This document shows positions 10,201 through 19,637 of a stretch of DNA of 64,000 nt, piece after piece. The stretch is from a virus. Under the pieces are notes generated by a model. That model was not told the origin of the DNA, did no database searches, and worked only from the letters and a program-made list of their open reading frames with translations. Location of the stretch: IMG/VR virus record IMGVR_UViG_3300025400_000011, positions 44,883 to 108,882 of that record, one strand, 5' to 3'. The translations under genes and the position numbers were made by a program. Position 1 is the stretch's first letter; each line of letters begins with the position of its first letter.

Positions 10201-10855
10201 AACAGTTTCTGATGGTACAGCTAGTGATGTAGTAGCTACATTTAGTGGTTTAGTAAACCTTCAATCAGGTACAGTTGGACCACACGTAATATATACTGCA
10301 GGAGCTGCAGGTACCACTGGTAATGAATACGGTTTAGGTTTATCCGATTCTTCGTATGGTAATCCTGCAAATACTTGGTTAAAAGGTAACGGTGATGCTT
10401 CCTTTGGTGGTGCTGTTTCTAAAGGCTCTGGTTCATTTAAAATTAACCATCCGTTACCCTCGTTAAGTGCTACAAACTATTTAGTACATTCATTTATTGA
10501 AGGTCCAAGAGTAGATCTTATATATAGAGGTACAGCAGCACTTAGTGCAGGTCAAGCTGTTTTAAACTTAGATGAAACAGTAGGTATGACAGAAGGTACG
10601 TTTGTAGCTTTATGTAGAGAGGTACAAGTATTTGTTACAAATCAAACAGATTGGTCTGGTGTGCGTGGTTCAGTTACTGATAATATTTTAACCATAACAT
10701 GTCAAGATCCTTCTGCTACGTCTACTGTTAACTGGATGGTAATAGGTGAACGTCATGACCCACACATTATTAGTACAAGCTGGACTGATGCAAGCGGTAA
10801 ACCTATATTAGAACCAGTTATTCCACCACCAATACCATTATCTGCTATATTATAA
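4298..10855 (+). CDS. Giant tail-fibre-like protein with two long Gly-X-Ser repeat blocks, ~50-aa beta repeats and C-terminal tip domain
   Basis: 2185 aa; G-[FYITQLW]-[ST] triplets; NVGINTTSP fibre motif; collagen GPT/GPQ segment; C-terminal KGSGSFKINHP...LVHSFIEGP domain seen at phage fibre ends. Confidence 0.8.
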   Translation: MSLTTVNQLSLIPAAAGVSGRSGFSGFSGFPGAQGAPGGASGYSGQSGTSGFSGFTGFSGFSGLNGTVAYSGTSGFSGFSGFSGYSGATGFSGFSSFSGFSGFSSFSGYSGYTGQSGFSGISGFSGISGFSGISGYSGMSGFTGISGFSGAPGAAAASGYSGFSGYSGISGYSGFSSFSGYSGFSSFSGYSGFSSFSGFSGYSGFSSFSGFSGFSSFSGFSGTSGYSGQSGFSGFTGLSGYSGTSGFSGNSGTSGYSGYTGLQGYSGLSGYSGQSGFSGISGWSGDSGISGYSGFSGQSGALGISGFSGYSGQSGYSGTSGYVGISGYSGFSGQSGWSGYSGISGTSGYSGQSGFSGPSGYSGFTGISGYSGFSGQVGTTGQSGYSGFSGQSGYSGQSGFSGISGFSGYTGTSGTSGYSGISGYSGFTGISGTSGYSGSVGTSGTSGYSGTSGYSGLSGYSGTSGYSGTSGYSGTIGTSGYSGISGYSGFTGISGYSGFTGTSGFTGISGYSGISGFSGFTGISGYSGQSGYSGTSGTVGTSGYSGYSGLSGASGYSGLSGFSGISGYTGISGHSGFSSYSGYSGQSGFTGISGFSGWSGPTGGSVYGRTYFFNETNSDQNPAVFEQLTLQPGGISIEDDQVTITSAAGISAIGWYLTPPGEPGLVYIESGLWDIEFYRYVTGGSAGFIFSIYTFSMATSATSTFILSADSGLVSDTVSTYQKIGAVTSSITSLSSTDRILLQVAAYTNSVTPVTAAYQYNGSSVYSVVRTPIGQGVAGQSGYSGYSGLGYSGYSGQSGYSGFTGFSGFTGISGFTGTSGYSGFTGISGASGYSGTVGISGTSGYSGFTGISGYSGISGFSGFTGISGTSGYSGISGYSGISGYSGYSGASGYSGTSGFSGISGFTGISGYSGFTGISGYSGTSGYSGTSGYSGYSGQSGFSGISGYSGTSGFSGISGYSGFTGQSGTSGYSGLSGYSGTSGFSGFTGISGYSGQSGFSGFTGISGYSGTSGFSGISGFSGYTGISGFSGISGWSGYSGFTGLSGFSGYSGLSGFTGISGYSGFSGQIGYSGQSGFSGFTGVSGFSGTSGISGYSGFTGISGFSGISGFSGISGFSGISGYSGLSGFSGYTGISGFSGFTGASGFSGISGWSGYSGFSGFSGFSSYSGFSGFSGFSSYSGFSGFSGFSSFSGFSGFSSFSGFSGFSSYSGYTGVSGYSGYSGFTGFSGFTGWSGFSGYQGYSGFSGFSGFSGAGITSTATTSYIPKMSSSTSVANSLVYDNGTNVGINTTSPAHTLHVQGDIYSSGAIIGSINNTLKTTNVGATSSIYVRSDGSTGAFNDSNTAFYVDNIGNLSIFNQLYYNSSTQKFVIAGTLQAASIGATSAIYIAATGVTPSFSACNTPFYADNTGNFSLGNKFAWNSKTNVLNVGGTINAANIGATSAIYIAGATVTPSFSASNTPFWVDSSGRLSLGSKLTWDGNGTLNVGGTIKTTTADATSAIYVRADGGVGAFNDSNTAFWVDNTGNLSIFNKLYYNASTQKFWIGGTLQASTVGSTSAIYVRTDGSAGAYNNSSTPFYVDNTGQFSLGNNVTWSGGALTVNGTVTTGALTATGGKISNWNINTNSFTSTNGDITLNSSSTPYIGVNTTTFGSAGIFLGKSGTNYVFYAGNGSNQALKWDGSALTVSGTIGATAGNIGGWGIGSTSLTSTNITIDSSAGSITSTDGAGSYVYLTSNFVSGYGGAVTNSASYKLYALGNGAYLNISNASFSVGGGVASSSLATWSVTGGGGTVSMTPGRLDASSAVSGFSGTFTRLVVGNNGFDVTGGGTISGDVGLGTGAKIYLHAASGWVGVSGGIAFGDGTTMNTAGGSTGPQGASGTSGWSGFSGINGSNGASGTSGWSGFSGQKGATGPQGLRGPTGPQGQRGPTGSQGFSGISGWSGAKGAQGSPGSTSYNQSLNTYNSVTFAGLTVSDGTASDVVATFSGLVNLQSGTVGPHVIYTAGAAGTTGNEYGLGLSDSSYGNPANTWLKGNGDASFGGAVSKGSGSFKINHPLPSLSATNYLVHSFIEGPRVDLIYRGTAALSAGQAVLNLDETVGMTEGTFVALCREVQVFVTNQTDWSGVRGSVTDNILTITCQDPSATSTVNWMVIGERHDPHIISTSWTDASGKPILEPVIPPPIPLSAIL
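4346..6105 (+). repeat. Gly-X-Ser coding repeat block 1 (9-bp period)
   Basis: Continuous GFS/GYS/GIS/GTS/GQS triplets with varied synonymous codons. Confidence 0.95.
6632..8050 (+). repeat. Gly-X-Ser coding repeat block 2
   Basis: Same repeat resumes after a ~175-aa globular insert. Confidence 0.95.
8258..9090 (+). repeat. Five ~50-aa tandem repeats (ATSAIY...F[YW][VA]DN.G..S)
   Basis: Two subtypes (IYVR.DG..GAFNDSN; IYIA...VTPSFSA) in order A-B-B-A-A'. Confidence 0.85.
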
Positions 10856-10858
10856 TCA

Positions 10859-12421
10859 ATGCTTTCTGCAACACAAGTCGACGTTAATACAACATCTGAC
10901 CAGATTAACGCTCAGTTAGTAACCCTATCTGAAAAGTATCTAGGTAATAACGTTATTGTACTATCTGGTACTAATACAGGTTATATAGGTGCAAATATTG
11001 CACCTTTAGCACCATGGGGTAACTTAGCTAATAAGTACTTCCCTACTGTTGCTACATTATCTCAGAGTGGAGACAATATATTAACTAAAGACCAGCTTGG
11101 TGGTTATTTTACACCTAATAATCTTGGTGCTTCTACTTATTTAGCTAAAAACCTTACACCGTTTATTAATATTAACGAGGTCAAACCTGGTGTAATATAC
11201 AAATATGCTGATCCAGCTAAGTTTAACAAAGGTAGTGGTTTATCTGAAAAAGATCAAGATAATATTATAACCCATATACAGGACCTAAGTTGGTTAAAGG
11301 CTACTAACACAGGTACTATATATGATGGTCAGGTTATCGGTACTACTGATTATCAAAAGTTTGTTCCTTATCAATCTGCTTATGAAACTACTAAACTAGA
11401 TACTAACGGAGTAGTAGATGTTCGTAATGATTATGAGTTTTGGACAGGACCGCAGAAAAACATCTGGTTAACCACTAATAAGTTTACGGAAGAAGATTGG
11501 TTAAAGTACCATGATATAGATAACAGGGTACAAAGACTACTCATTAACACCGGACAAGAGCTATACTCTTGGAACACTGATGTGTTTGGTAATCAATATG
11601 CATTATATAAAGCACCGCCTGTAGAAGGGCGTACTATATACCATATGCAAAATGCTTATGGTCCGTTGTGGGTAAGAACAGTAGACGGGATAGTATATTC
11701 AGCTACAGATGCACTTACTGCTATATACAACAAGTACTTAAACGAGCCTGCTATATATGCTCAGTTATCAGCTAATAATATTAAAAATCTTGATGTATTT
11801 TATGATACTCTAGTGTTTGATTTGAGCGGTTATACAATATTCGAAAAGATAACGTTCGATTATAATACTAAGACTATACAAACAACAGATAAAGACTTTT
11901 TATGGTTAGATTATCATCAAAACGTTTCTAGTCGTTTACTTTCCTCTTCTTCTTTAACAGGTATACATGTTAAAGATAGTGCTGCGGTTTATTATGGTGG
12001 TAACTGGTATGATGAAAACAAAAAGACCATTACTTCTTGTTTATTATTGTCTGCTGCAGTTACTACAACAAGTACTACTTCTGCACTAGTAGTGCCTGTA
12101 CTATATCAGTACGATATTAACAACCCTTCAAAGAGAACTAGAATATTCCCTACCAATAATACTGATTTTGATTACTTTACATATAGTAGAGGTATAAGTT
12201 CAGTAAATAGCGATCAAGAGTTATTAACTTATATGGAAGCACCTGTTATTACATATAATAAGGATATTGGTTCTTATATTATAAGTTTTGTTGCTTTTAT
12301 TAATCAAAACTTCAAAATAGTAACTTACAATACTAAGGAAGCTTTACTTGGTAGAATACTAGTTAACGAAGCAGTAATACCAATCGTAACAGATACAGGA
12401 AGCCCAGTAACAGTCGTATGA
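10859..12421 (+). CDS. Putative virion structural protein
   Basis: 520-aa Thr/Asn/Tyr-rich ORF in the structural block; no recognised family. Confidence 0.55.
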   Translation: MLSATQVDVNTTSDQINAQLVTLSEKYLGNNVIVLSGTNTGYIGANIAPLAPWGNLANKYFPTVATLSQSGDNILTKDQLGGYFTPNNLGASTYLAKNLTPFININEVKPGVIYKYADPAKFNKGSGLSEKDQDNIITHIQDLSWLKATNTGTIYDGQVIGTTDYQKFVPYQSAYETTKLDTNGVVDVRNDYEFWTGPQKNIWLTTNKFTEEDWLKYHDIDNRVQRLLINTGQELYSWNTDVFGNQYALYKAPPVEGRTIYHMQNAYGPLWVRTVDGIVYSATDALTAIYNKYLNEPAIYAQLSANNIKNLDVFYDTLVFDLSGYTIFEKITFDYNTKTIQTTDKDFLWLDYHQNVSSRLLSSSSLTGIHVKDSAAVYYGGNWYDENKKTITSCLLLSAAVTTTSTTSALVVPVLYQYDINNPSKRTRIFPTNNTDFDYFTYSRGISSVNSDQELLTYMEAPVITYNKDIGSYIISFVAFINQNFKIVTYNTKEALLGRILVNEAVIPIVTDTGSPVTVV

Positions 12422-12918
12422 TAACTAACTATACATTTACAACTTCAACAAGTAGTGCAAAACTATATACCCCTACCATTATTGTTTTTAAACCAAGCAA
12501 TATATCATTAACAGGTAACCAGTTTTTAAGCAAAATGGTGTATCAGTTACCAGACGGGGTTATAACTAAAGTAAACACATTTGTACCTAATGGTTACGGT
12601 AATGATGATTGTAGATCGGATTTTGTATACACCGTACCTAACGTTACTACTACTTCAGTTAGCGGTTACACTACAGCTGTTATTAGTATATCTGCCTTTA
12701 TAGGTCCAGGTAACTACTTTAATCCTTCTACATATACATTAAGTTTAACAGGTATACCCCCAAAGTTTACTCGCAATCCTTTAGCTTCTGCTGAAGCATA
12801 TGTATTTGATGAGGTTCATTTAGTTAAAATGAAATCCTGGGGTCCAGATAATAATCAAATACTTGCTTTAGAAGGTAAAAATCCAAACTATTTACTGCTG
12901 AATTATAATGGATTGTAA
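12418..12918 (+). CDS. Hypothetical protein (structural block)
   Basis: ATGA-coupled to upstream gene. Confidence 0.6.
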   Translation: MITNYTFTTSTSSAKLYTPTIIVFKPSNISLTGNQFLSKMVYQLPDGVITKVNTFVPNGYGNDDCRSDFVYTVPNVTTTSVSGYTTAVISISAFIGPGNYFNPSTYTLSLTGIPPKFTRNPLASAEAYVFDEVHLVKMKSWGPDNNQILALEGKNPNYLLLNYNGL

Positions 12919-12931
12919 CATACATAACAAC

Positions 12932-12937
12932 TAAATA
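12932..12937 (+). promoter_or_regulatory. Late promoter core TAAATA
   Basis: 9 nt upstream of ATG 12947. Confidence 0.6.
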
Positions 12938-12946
12938 TTACTACCG

Positions 12947-15900
12947 ATGCCACTTAAAATTACAGATTTACCGCAAGTACCAGCCGGCACAATATCCCAA
13001 AACATTTCTATTCCTGTTTCCCAAAGTGAAACAGATCCAAAGACTTATAAAATGTCTTTAGCTCAGACCGTTGCTTGGTTACAGACCCAGGGCATTGGTG
13101 CAGGTGGTACCGGGCCACGTGGCCCTACAGGTCCTATTGGCCCAACAGGTCCTATTGGCCCAACAGGTGGTATTGGACCAACAGGCCCACAGGGTATTCC
13201 TGGTTCATCAGGTTATTCTGGGTTTGGTGGTAACTCAGGCTTTTCTGGTTTTATTGGTTCATCAGGTTTCTCAGGCTTTCAAGGGGATTCAGGGTTTTCA
13301 GGTTTCCATGGTTCATCAGGTTATTCTGGTGTAAGTGGTCCTTCAGGTTTTTCTGGTTCTGCTGGTTCAAATACCGGTTTACCTGGTCCTGGTCTAGTAT
13401 ATACCGGTTATTATAGAGGTAATAACTATACATATTATAACTCTAACGATCGTAAAGACGTGGTCAGTTATTCTGGTGGTGGTGGTTTAGCTTATTATAT
13501 CGCTAATAGTGAAACTTTAAGTAGTACTGGTTATACCGGCTACACAGGATGGCCAGCACCTGGTACAACAAGTGACTGGGCTTCATTCCAAGAAAACTTT
13601 CAAAGTGTAGCTACAGACTTATTATTAACTAATGACGTAGCAGTAGAAAAGGTTATTACATTAGGTACAGTTGGTAACCTTTCTGCAGGTATTATACGTT
13701 CAGTAAATACCGATTGGGTAGGTACTGAAAATAGTAAAGGTTTTTGGTTAGGTAACGACGTTGATGGTTATCCAAAGTTTTTCATTGGTGATTATTCTCC
13801 GGGCGGTAGTTACCTAATATATGACGGTTCCCCTATAGACGGTTTTACAAATGGTACTATCATATTATCTGGTACTATATTAGCAGATCAAGGTCGTATC
13901 GGTGGTGTGGGTATTGCTAAAGGCCAGCTATATACTGGTAACCCTGGTACAGCTGGCTCTATTACAACTCCGTTCTATGTTAACGGTACCTCAGATGATG
14001 GCATGACTGACCGTACTTATGCAGCAATGGGTAATGCTCTTAAGTTTTACCGACACAACGGTATTAATTATTTTAATCTCTCTGGTGGTATAACAGCCAC
14101 TTATGGTTCTATAGGCGGGGTAGGTATTGCACTAGATAGAATTTATACTGGTAATCCTGAAACAGCTGGTTCCATTACAACCCCGTTCTATATAAATGGT
14201 AGTGCTGATCCAGGTGGTAATACAAATCGTACCTATATGACTATGGGAGATACGTTTAAGTATTACAGAGTAGCTGGTGATTCATCTAATAGTTATACCC
14301 CTATCAACTATATGTGGTTGTCTGGTGGTATTACTGCTACGTACGGCTCTATAGGCGGGGTAGGCATTGATACTGATCACATTTATACAGGTCGCCCTGA
14401 TACTGCTGGAACAATAACAACACCTCTCTTTATTAACGGTAACAATTCTGCAGTAGACGGTTCTAATACTGGTCAAGCTATAATGTACTTGGGAGATTCT
14501 TTTAAATACTATAAACAAGCTGGTGTTTCTTCTCCTACTTATAACTTACTATTAGGTAGTACAGGTTTACAAGCTGATTACACTTTGAGTTCTACAGGAG
14601 ATTACCTCTGGTGGAATGGTAGTACTTTAAAATTAAAAGGTAGTATTGAAGTTACAGGAGACTCTAACTTTGCTACGACAGGTCAAGTACAAGCAGCTTC
14701 AGCAGCTGCATACTCACAATCAATCTCATATGCAGATAAAATTGCAAACGGCACTTATCCAGGTAGTACATTTATTTCACAAAACTCTATCATATCACCG
14801 ATTATCGCTGGTGTAGATGGTTATTTTAACAGCTACTTTAAAGTAGGTTCTGGTGGTATAGTGTTAGACGGTAATAATAAACGTATGTATATCGGCAACG
14901 GTAACTACGGTAACACTGATACAGGGTTTTATGCAAGTTACTCTGGTTGGTTCTCATTAGCTGATAAACTTACATATAACCCTTCTACAGGGCTAGCTAT
15001 TACTGGTGCTATTACAGTACAACCAGGTGGTAATGCGGCTACAGTTGCTAATGTAACAGATGCTTATAATAATGCTTCTGGTGTTGCTGATGCTGTAGCA
15101 AGAGGTAACTACACAGGTGCAGGTACTTCATTTATTAGCGGTAAGTCTATATTCTCTCCTTATATTGCAGGTGCAAGTGGTTATATTGGTGGTACCTTCA
15201 CAGTAGGTCAAGCTCCTAATCACATTTTATTTGACGGTATTAATAAAAAGATGTATATCGGTAATGGTAACTATGCTAATGGAGATACACCTTTCTATGC
15301 TGATGGTACTGGTCAGTTCTCCTTAGGTGCAAGGTTTACTTGGGATACATCTAGTAACTTAACAGTGGGTAACTATATTGGTAATAAATACCTACAATAT
15401 AACTACGGTAGCAATACACTAATACTTAAAGGTGCAGAGTCAGCTGATGGTATTACTATTACATCAAATCAGGGCATGAGGTATGTAAACGATAATGGGG
15501 TATTTACTATTACTGGTGGTTCAGCAAACGGTGTAAATCATGGTGCACAAATCGACTTTGTTGGTACTGGTGGTGCTGGTGCAGGTAGTTACGGTTTATT
15601 AAGCTTAAATGCTGGCTGGCCAGATTCTAATACCAGTGACGGTCGTATACGTTTTGGTGTAGGTAATGCAGGCACTAACGGTTATGGCGAAGGTTTAAAC
15701 TATGAAGCATTTACTATATGGAAAGACGGTTTAGTAGAAGTTGGTAGAGATGGTAGTTTAGCAAATAGCGGTAATTTACAAGTAGACAACGATATACATG
15801 TACATGGTTATATATATGCTACTAAGAGTGCACAGTTCTATCAAAACGTTGCTGTGAATGGTCAAGTAGCTGTTTATAACAACGCAGATTATACTATACA

Positions 15901-16291
15901 AACCGGTACAGGAAATCTTACTTCTGGTGGTACAGTTAACTTCCAAGTAGATTATAACGGTAATGTTAACGCAACAAGCTTTAACCCTACCTCTACAAGA
16001 AAAGTTAAAAACAACATACGCCCTTTAAGTACATTTATTTCTAATCCTTTAAATACTCTTTCAAAACTTGAAGGTATCGTATATGATAGTAGCTTGTTCC
16101 CTAAGGTAACTAATCAAATAGGTTATATTGCTGAAGATGTATATCAAGTTATACCTGAAATCGTGCAGTTAGATGAAAACAACGAACCTAAAGCACTAGA
16201 TTATTCTCGTATTACAGTTGTATTAGTAGAAGCTATTAAACAACTTAACGACAAGATTACATCCTTACAAAACACTATTAACTCCAAGTAA
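12947..16291 (+). CDS. Long tail-fibre protein: collagen/GXS segment, internal repeats, C-terminal peptidase S74-like chaperone
   Basis: N-terminal KITDLP anchor motif; GPT/GPI and GFS triplets; three GGVGI...YTG.P.TAG.ITTP repeats; STRKVKNNI...IGYIAEDV...LDYSRITVVLVEAIKQL. Confidence 0.85.
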   Translation: MPLKITDLPQVPAGTISQNISIPVSQSETDPKTYKMSLAQTVAWLQTQGIGAGGTGPRGPTGPIGPTGPIGPTGGIGPTGPQGIPGSSGYSGFGGNSGFSGFIGSSGFSGFQGDSGFSGFHGSSGYSGVSGPSGFSGSAGSNTGLPGPGLVYTGYYRGNNYTYYNSNDRKDVVSYSGGGGLAYYIANSETLSSTGYTGYTGWPAPGTTSDWASFQENFQSVATDLLLTNDVAVEKVITLGTVGNLSAGIIRSVNTDWVGTENSKGFWLGNDVDGYPKFFIGDYSPGGSYLIYDGSPIDGFTNGTIILSGTILADQGRIGGVGIAKGQLYTGNPGTAGSITTPFYVNGTSDDGMTDRTYAAMGNALKFYRHNGINYFNLSGGITATYGSIGGVGIALDRIYTGNPETAGSITTPFYINGSADPGGNTNRTYMTMGDTFKYYRVAGDSSNSYTPINYMWLSGGITATYGSIGGVGIDTDHIYTGRPDTAGTITTPLFINGNNSAVDGSNTGQAIMYLGDSFKYYKQAGVSSPTYNLLLGSTGLQADYTLSSTGDYLWWNGSTLKLKGSIEVTGDSNFATTGQVQAASAAAYSQSISYADKIANGTYPGSTFISQNSIISPIIAGVDGYFNSYFKVGSGGIVLDGNNKRMYIGNGNYGNTDTGFYASYSGWFSLADKLTYNPSTGLAITGAITVQPGGNAATVANVTDAYNNASGVADAVARGNYTGAGTSFISGKSIFSPYIAGASGYIGGTFTVGQAPNHILFDGINKKMYIGNGNYANGDTPFYADGTGQFSLGARFTWDTSSNLTVGNYIGNKYLQYNYGSNTLILKGAESADGITITSNQGMRYVNDNGVFTITGGSANGVNHGAQIDFVGTGGAGAGSYGLLSLNAGWPDSNTSDGRIRFGVGNAGTNGYGEGLNYEAFTIWKDGLVEVGRDGSLANSGNLQVDNDIHVHGYIYATKSAQFYQNVAVNGQVAVYNNADYTIQTGTGNLTSGGTVNFQVDYNGNVNATSFNPTSTRKVKNNIRPLSTFISNPLNTLSKLEGIVYDSSLFPKVTNQIGYIAEDVYQVIPEIVQLDENNEPKALDYSRITVVLVEAIKQLNDKITSLQNTINSK

Positions 16292-16330
16292 TATCCAGGT
16301 AAAATAGGTAGTATAACTAATCTTCACTAC

Positions 16331-16336
16331 TAAATA
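16331..16336 (+). promoter_or_regulatory. Late promoter core TAAATA
   Basis: 6 nt upstream of ATG 16343. Confidence 0.6.
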
Positions 16337-16342
16337 TTTTAT

Positions 16343-19300
16343 ATGGCGATTGTTAGTACCTACCCAGTTAGCTTAACCTACAAATACGGAGTTAATGTAG
16401 GTACTCCAAACTCTTCATATACAACAAATGACGGAGTTACATTCGCGTTTAATCCGTTACTATCTGGAGCTAAAGATGTTACTTTAAATCAAAGTACGGT
16501 AAGTGTATTAACAAATAACTTTGCACTTTCGGATTGTTTAAGTTCTGAACCTTATTTAAGTAATTTACAATATACAACTCAATCAGTTTTAAGCATTGGT
16601 AGTTATTACTTGTCTGCTTCTACAGCTGTTAATAGTAAAATACAGTTTATCACTGATTCTACTAAAGCTACCTTATTTACATTAAACTTTAATACAGTAC
16701 TTAATACTGTTTCTTTCTCTTATTCGAACTTGTTTGTTACCTGGGTTGATGGTGATAGCTATATTAGAATGGCAGCACCGGTTAATGACAACTCTCAGTA
16801 CTTTACATATAACCTATACAAAAATAATATAAGCCTGTTTGTTGATGCACCAGGAGACTCTAGAGACGGTTATGTCTTATGTAATGTAGATAGCACTTAT
16901 TTAGAAGTAGCCGTATTTGCTGGTTTTAACAATACTATCAATGTTTTTACAATAAACCGTTTATCTGAACCGTCATACAAGTCTTTAGGTAACTCTAGTA
17001 ACATAAAATATGTAAGTGCTCCCAATAGTATCAATGTAGCAGCAACTACATCTGCATTAAAGTATAACTATCTATTAACAGCACCTTATACTAATGTTGA
17101 TCCTACCACTAATGAACTAGGATACAATATAACCCCTCTTAAAAACTATTATTCACCTCAGCACATACAGACTCCTGTATTAAGCGCACAATCTCGTTCA
17201 TATAATAAGATTTTTACAGGTTTAAACACTGAAGATGGTTACGAAAAGATTTATTTGAGTTATTTAGGTAATGAAGTAGCTCAAACATTTTATAAAGATA
17301 CAGACACCTATTTTCACTACCCTGTCAGCGCTGTAAACATTGCTTTATCAGCGAGCACATTAGCTGCAGCAGGTGCTTATGCAAGTTCGTCACCTTGGCG
17401 TTCAGATCGTTTATTTGTAAAGCGTGCCGACTACAGAAAATACACCCCTTGGGGCAATGTTAACGGTTCTCCGCAAAATGGAGTGCTATTCTGTTCTTGG
17501 TTATGGTTATCTTCTGGTGCAGGTACTGCTACTACTCCAGTATGGGTAGATAGGTACTTTGATCCAACTAAAATCAGCACTACAGCGGTGTTAAACACAA
17601 ATGGTGCTGGTCCAAGCAATAATAACTATCCAGACGTCGTGTGGGACACTATTTCAACACAAGTACTAAGTGGTGAAAGTTTATATGTTTATCATAGAAT
17701 AGGAAATAATGATAATCAGCTAGTGGTAGACACACTATCTAGTAACTTAACACATTATATACAAGAATGGGCTAACCCGCTTGTCAATGCAGCTACAGGT
17801 CTGAGTGCAGGGTATGTAAACAACTTTTCTGCAAGTGCTTCTGTAACAACTTATCAAAACACAAGAGAACCTGCACTTAATACAGGTACAAGTTTTGCGG
17901 TAATGAGCATGGACAATAATGACTTTTATTCTCCAGGCATTACATTAGCGTTCCAGGCTTACAATAATGATTGGGCTGCTATAAGAGGGGATCAGATAGT
18001 AGGTAACTATTATAATGGTGGTATTGGGTTCTTTAAGTATAACCCACTATTAACTCCTTTTGTAACTATATTAGGTAATAACTTACAGACATATAATACT
18101 AATATTGTTAGTTTAGCAAATACTTCCACTGCACCAGCAAGTGGTAATAACTTTGCATTAAAGAGTAGCTACGATGAGAGCTATTTTATAGTAGATGTAT
18201 ACTTTAATGTATATGAGTACGATCAGGACGGTGTAAAACTCAATCAATACAACTTAAATGATGGTGGTGCTACAGTTAGCGGGGTTCTATTAGGTGCTCA
18301 CTTAGTAAACTTTAGTAGTGTACGCCGTATAATGGTATTTACAAAGATCGGTACCGCAGTACACTGGTACATGTTTGATACTATTAATAATGCTTTATTG
18401 CTTTATCAAGGCAGTCAAGCTGGTGTTAATAACTATGCTTTAGATATAGAATGTAATCCTTATTTCTATACCGGTACAGGTAATAGTACTGTTGATAATA
18501 ATGACATTATATTCCATTTACAAAACGACGTACTTGTAAAGGGTCTCAACACAAGCTCTCCACAATATATACTTTCTGCTTATAAAGCTGAGTATATTGC
18601 ATGTGACCATGAAAATAATATTTGGTTATTATATGCTGATAACAACTTATGTAAGTTAGATAACTATGGTAGACTACTATGGGATATTAGTTTAACAAAC
18701 AGTCAAGCATTTACCGATGATAAGGGTAATCTAAGAAACTCTAAACGTATTATTAACTTTACAGCCGAGCTTGACTCAAATAGTAATAAAATGCTTTACT
18801 ACGGATTAGTAATCGACGGCAGAACACAGAGTGTTATTAAAGTAGAGCCATTAAGCGGTGGTATTGTAATAAACAATCAACTAACACCTGCTACATATTA
18901 CAGTTTAAGTTCATCTCCATTAAACATACAACCAGCAGGAGATTGTACTGGTTATGATTACCAGCGCAAGTATGTTTACGATGCTGAAAATACTCCAAAC
19001 ATTGTAAGAGTAAAAGCTTTCATTAAAAACATATCAACTCTTGAAGCCCTTGATGTTATTACACTAGATTATGATGTATCTAATCTAACGCCTGGTTGGC
19101 ACCATTTTGCAGTTACTATTACTCCTGGAGACGAGATGAGAATGTATGTAGATGGTAGTTATGTAAACCGTGCACAGTTAGTTACACCTCAGTTCGGTAT
19201 ATACAGAGTTTATAACAATAGAAATAACTCAGATTTAGTTATTGGTACTTCTAGCTTTAAATCTCAAACGTTATATCAATATACCAATCAAAATGTAGAT

Positions 19301-19636
19301 CCTTATAGTTTTAACGGTAGTATAGCAGATGTACGCTTCTATGATACTGCTTTATACATATCTGATATTAAAGCTATACAAAAGAGGTTCTTTACTAATA
19401 GCTTCTCTGATCTTACTTGGTCTGCCCCAGCTGGTCAACGTTATTATATTGAACAAGTAGAACGTTTCTTCCCACATCGTTTACCTGGTGCTAAATCTCA
19501 TAAGTTTAACATTAAAATTAAGAACTCCAACATTATTGATCCAGGTATCAGAAGTATTATAGAGCAAAATATAATCGCAGCTCTAAGTAAAACGACACCT
19601 GTTTACACCGAACTTAATAAGATAATCTGGCAATAA
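16343..19636 (+). CDS. Large structural protein with C-terminal LamG/concanavalin-like domain
   Basis: PGWHHFAVTI...MYVDG...FNGSIADVRFYDTAL. Confidence 0.7.
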   Translation: MAIVSTYPVSLTYKYGVNVGTPNSSYTTNDGVTFAFNPLLSGAKDVTLNQSTVSVLTNNFALSDCLSSEPYLSNLQYTTQSVLSIGSYYLSASTAVNSKIQFITDSTKATLFTLNFNTVLNTVSFSYSNLFVTWVDGDSYIRMAAPVNDNSQYFTYNLYKNNISLFVDAPGDSRDGYVLCNVDSTYLEVAVFAGFNNTINVFTINRLSEPSYKSLGNSSNIKYVSAPNSINVAATTSALKYNYLLTAPYTNVDPTTNELGYNITPLKNYYSPQHIQTPVLSAQSRSYNKIFTGLNTEDGYEKIYLSYLGNEVAQTFYKDTDTYFHYPVSAVNIALSASTLAAAGAYASSSPWRSDRLFVKRADYRKYTPWGNVNGSPQNGVLFCSWLWLSSGAGTATTPVWVDRYFDPTKISTTAVLNTNGAGPSNNNYPDVVWDTISTQVLSGESLYVYHRIGNNDNQLVVDTLSSNLTHYIQEWANPLVNAATGLSAGYVNNFSASASVTTYQNTREPALNTGTSFAVMSMDNNDFYSPGITLAFQAYNNDWAAIRGDQIVGNYYNGGIGFFKYNPLLTPFVTILGNNLQTYNTNIVSLANTSTAPASGNNFALKSSYDESYFIVDVYFNVYEYDQDGVKLNQYNLNDGGATVSGVLLGAHLVNFSSVRRIMVFTKIGTAVHWYMFDTINNALLLYQGSQAGVNNYALDIECNPYFYTGTGNSTVDNNDIIFHLQNDVLVKGLNTSSPQYILSAYKAEYIACDHENNIWLLYADNNLCKLDNYGRLLWDISLTNSQAFTDDKGNLRNSKRIINFTAELDSNSNKMLYYGLVIDGRTQSVIKVEPLSGGIVINNQLTPATYYSLSSSPLNIQPAGDCTGYDYQRKYVYDAENTPNIVRVKAFIKNISTLEALDVITLDYDVSNLTPGWHHFAVTITPGDEMRMYVDGSYVNRAQLVTPQFGIYRVYNNRNNSDLVIGTSSFKSQTLYQYTNQNVDPYSFNGSIADVRFYDTALYISDIKAIQKRFFTNSFSDLTWSAPAGQRYYIEQVERFFPHRLPGAKSHKFNIKIKNSNIIDPGIRSIIEQNIIAALSKTTPVYTELNKIIWQ

Positions 19637-19637
19637 T

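Noticed and set aside
2115-13334. Alternative-frame Val/Leu/Gln-rich ORFs (2115, 4743, 5952, 6951, 7293, 7698, 13071)
   Set aside because: Shadow frames of the Gly-X-Ser repeat, fully nested in real fibre genes.
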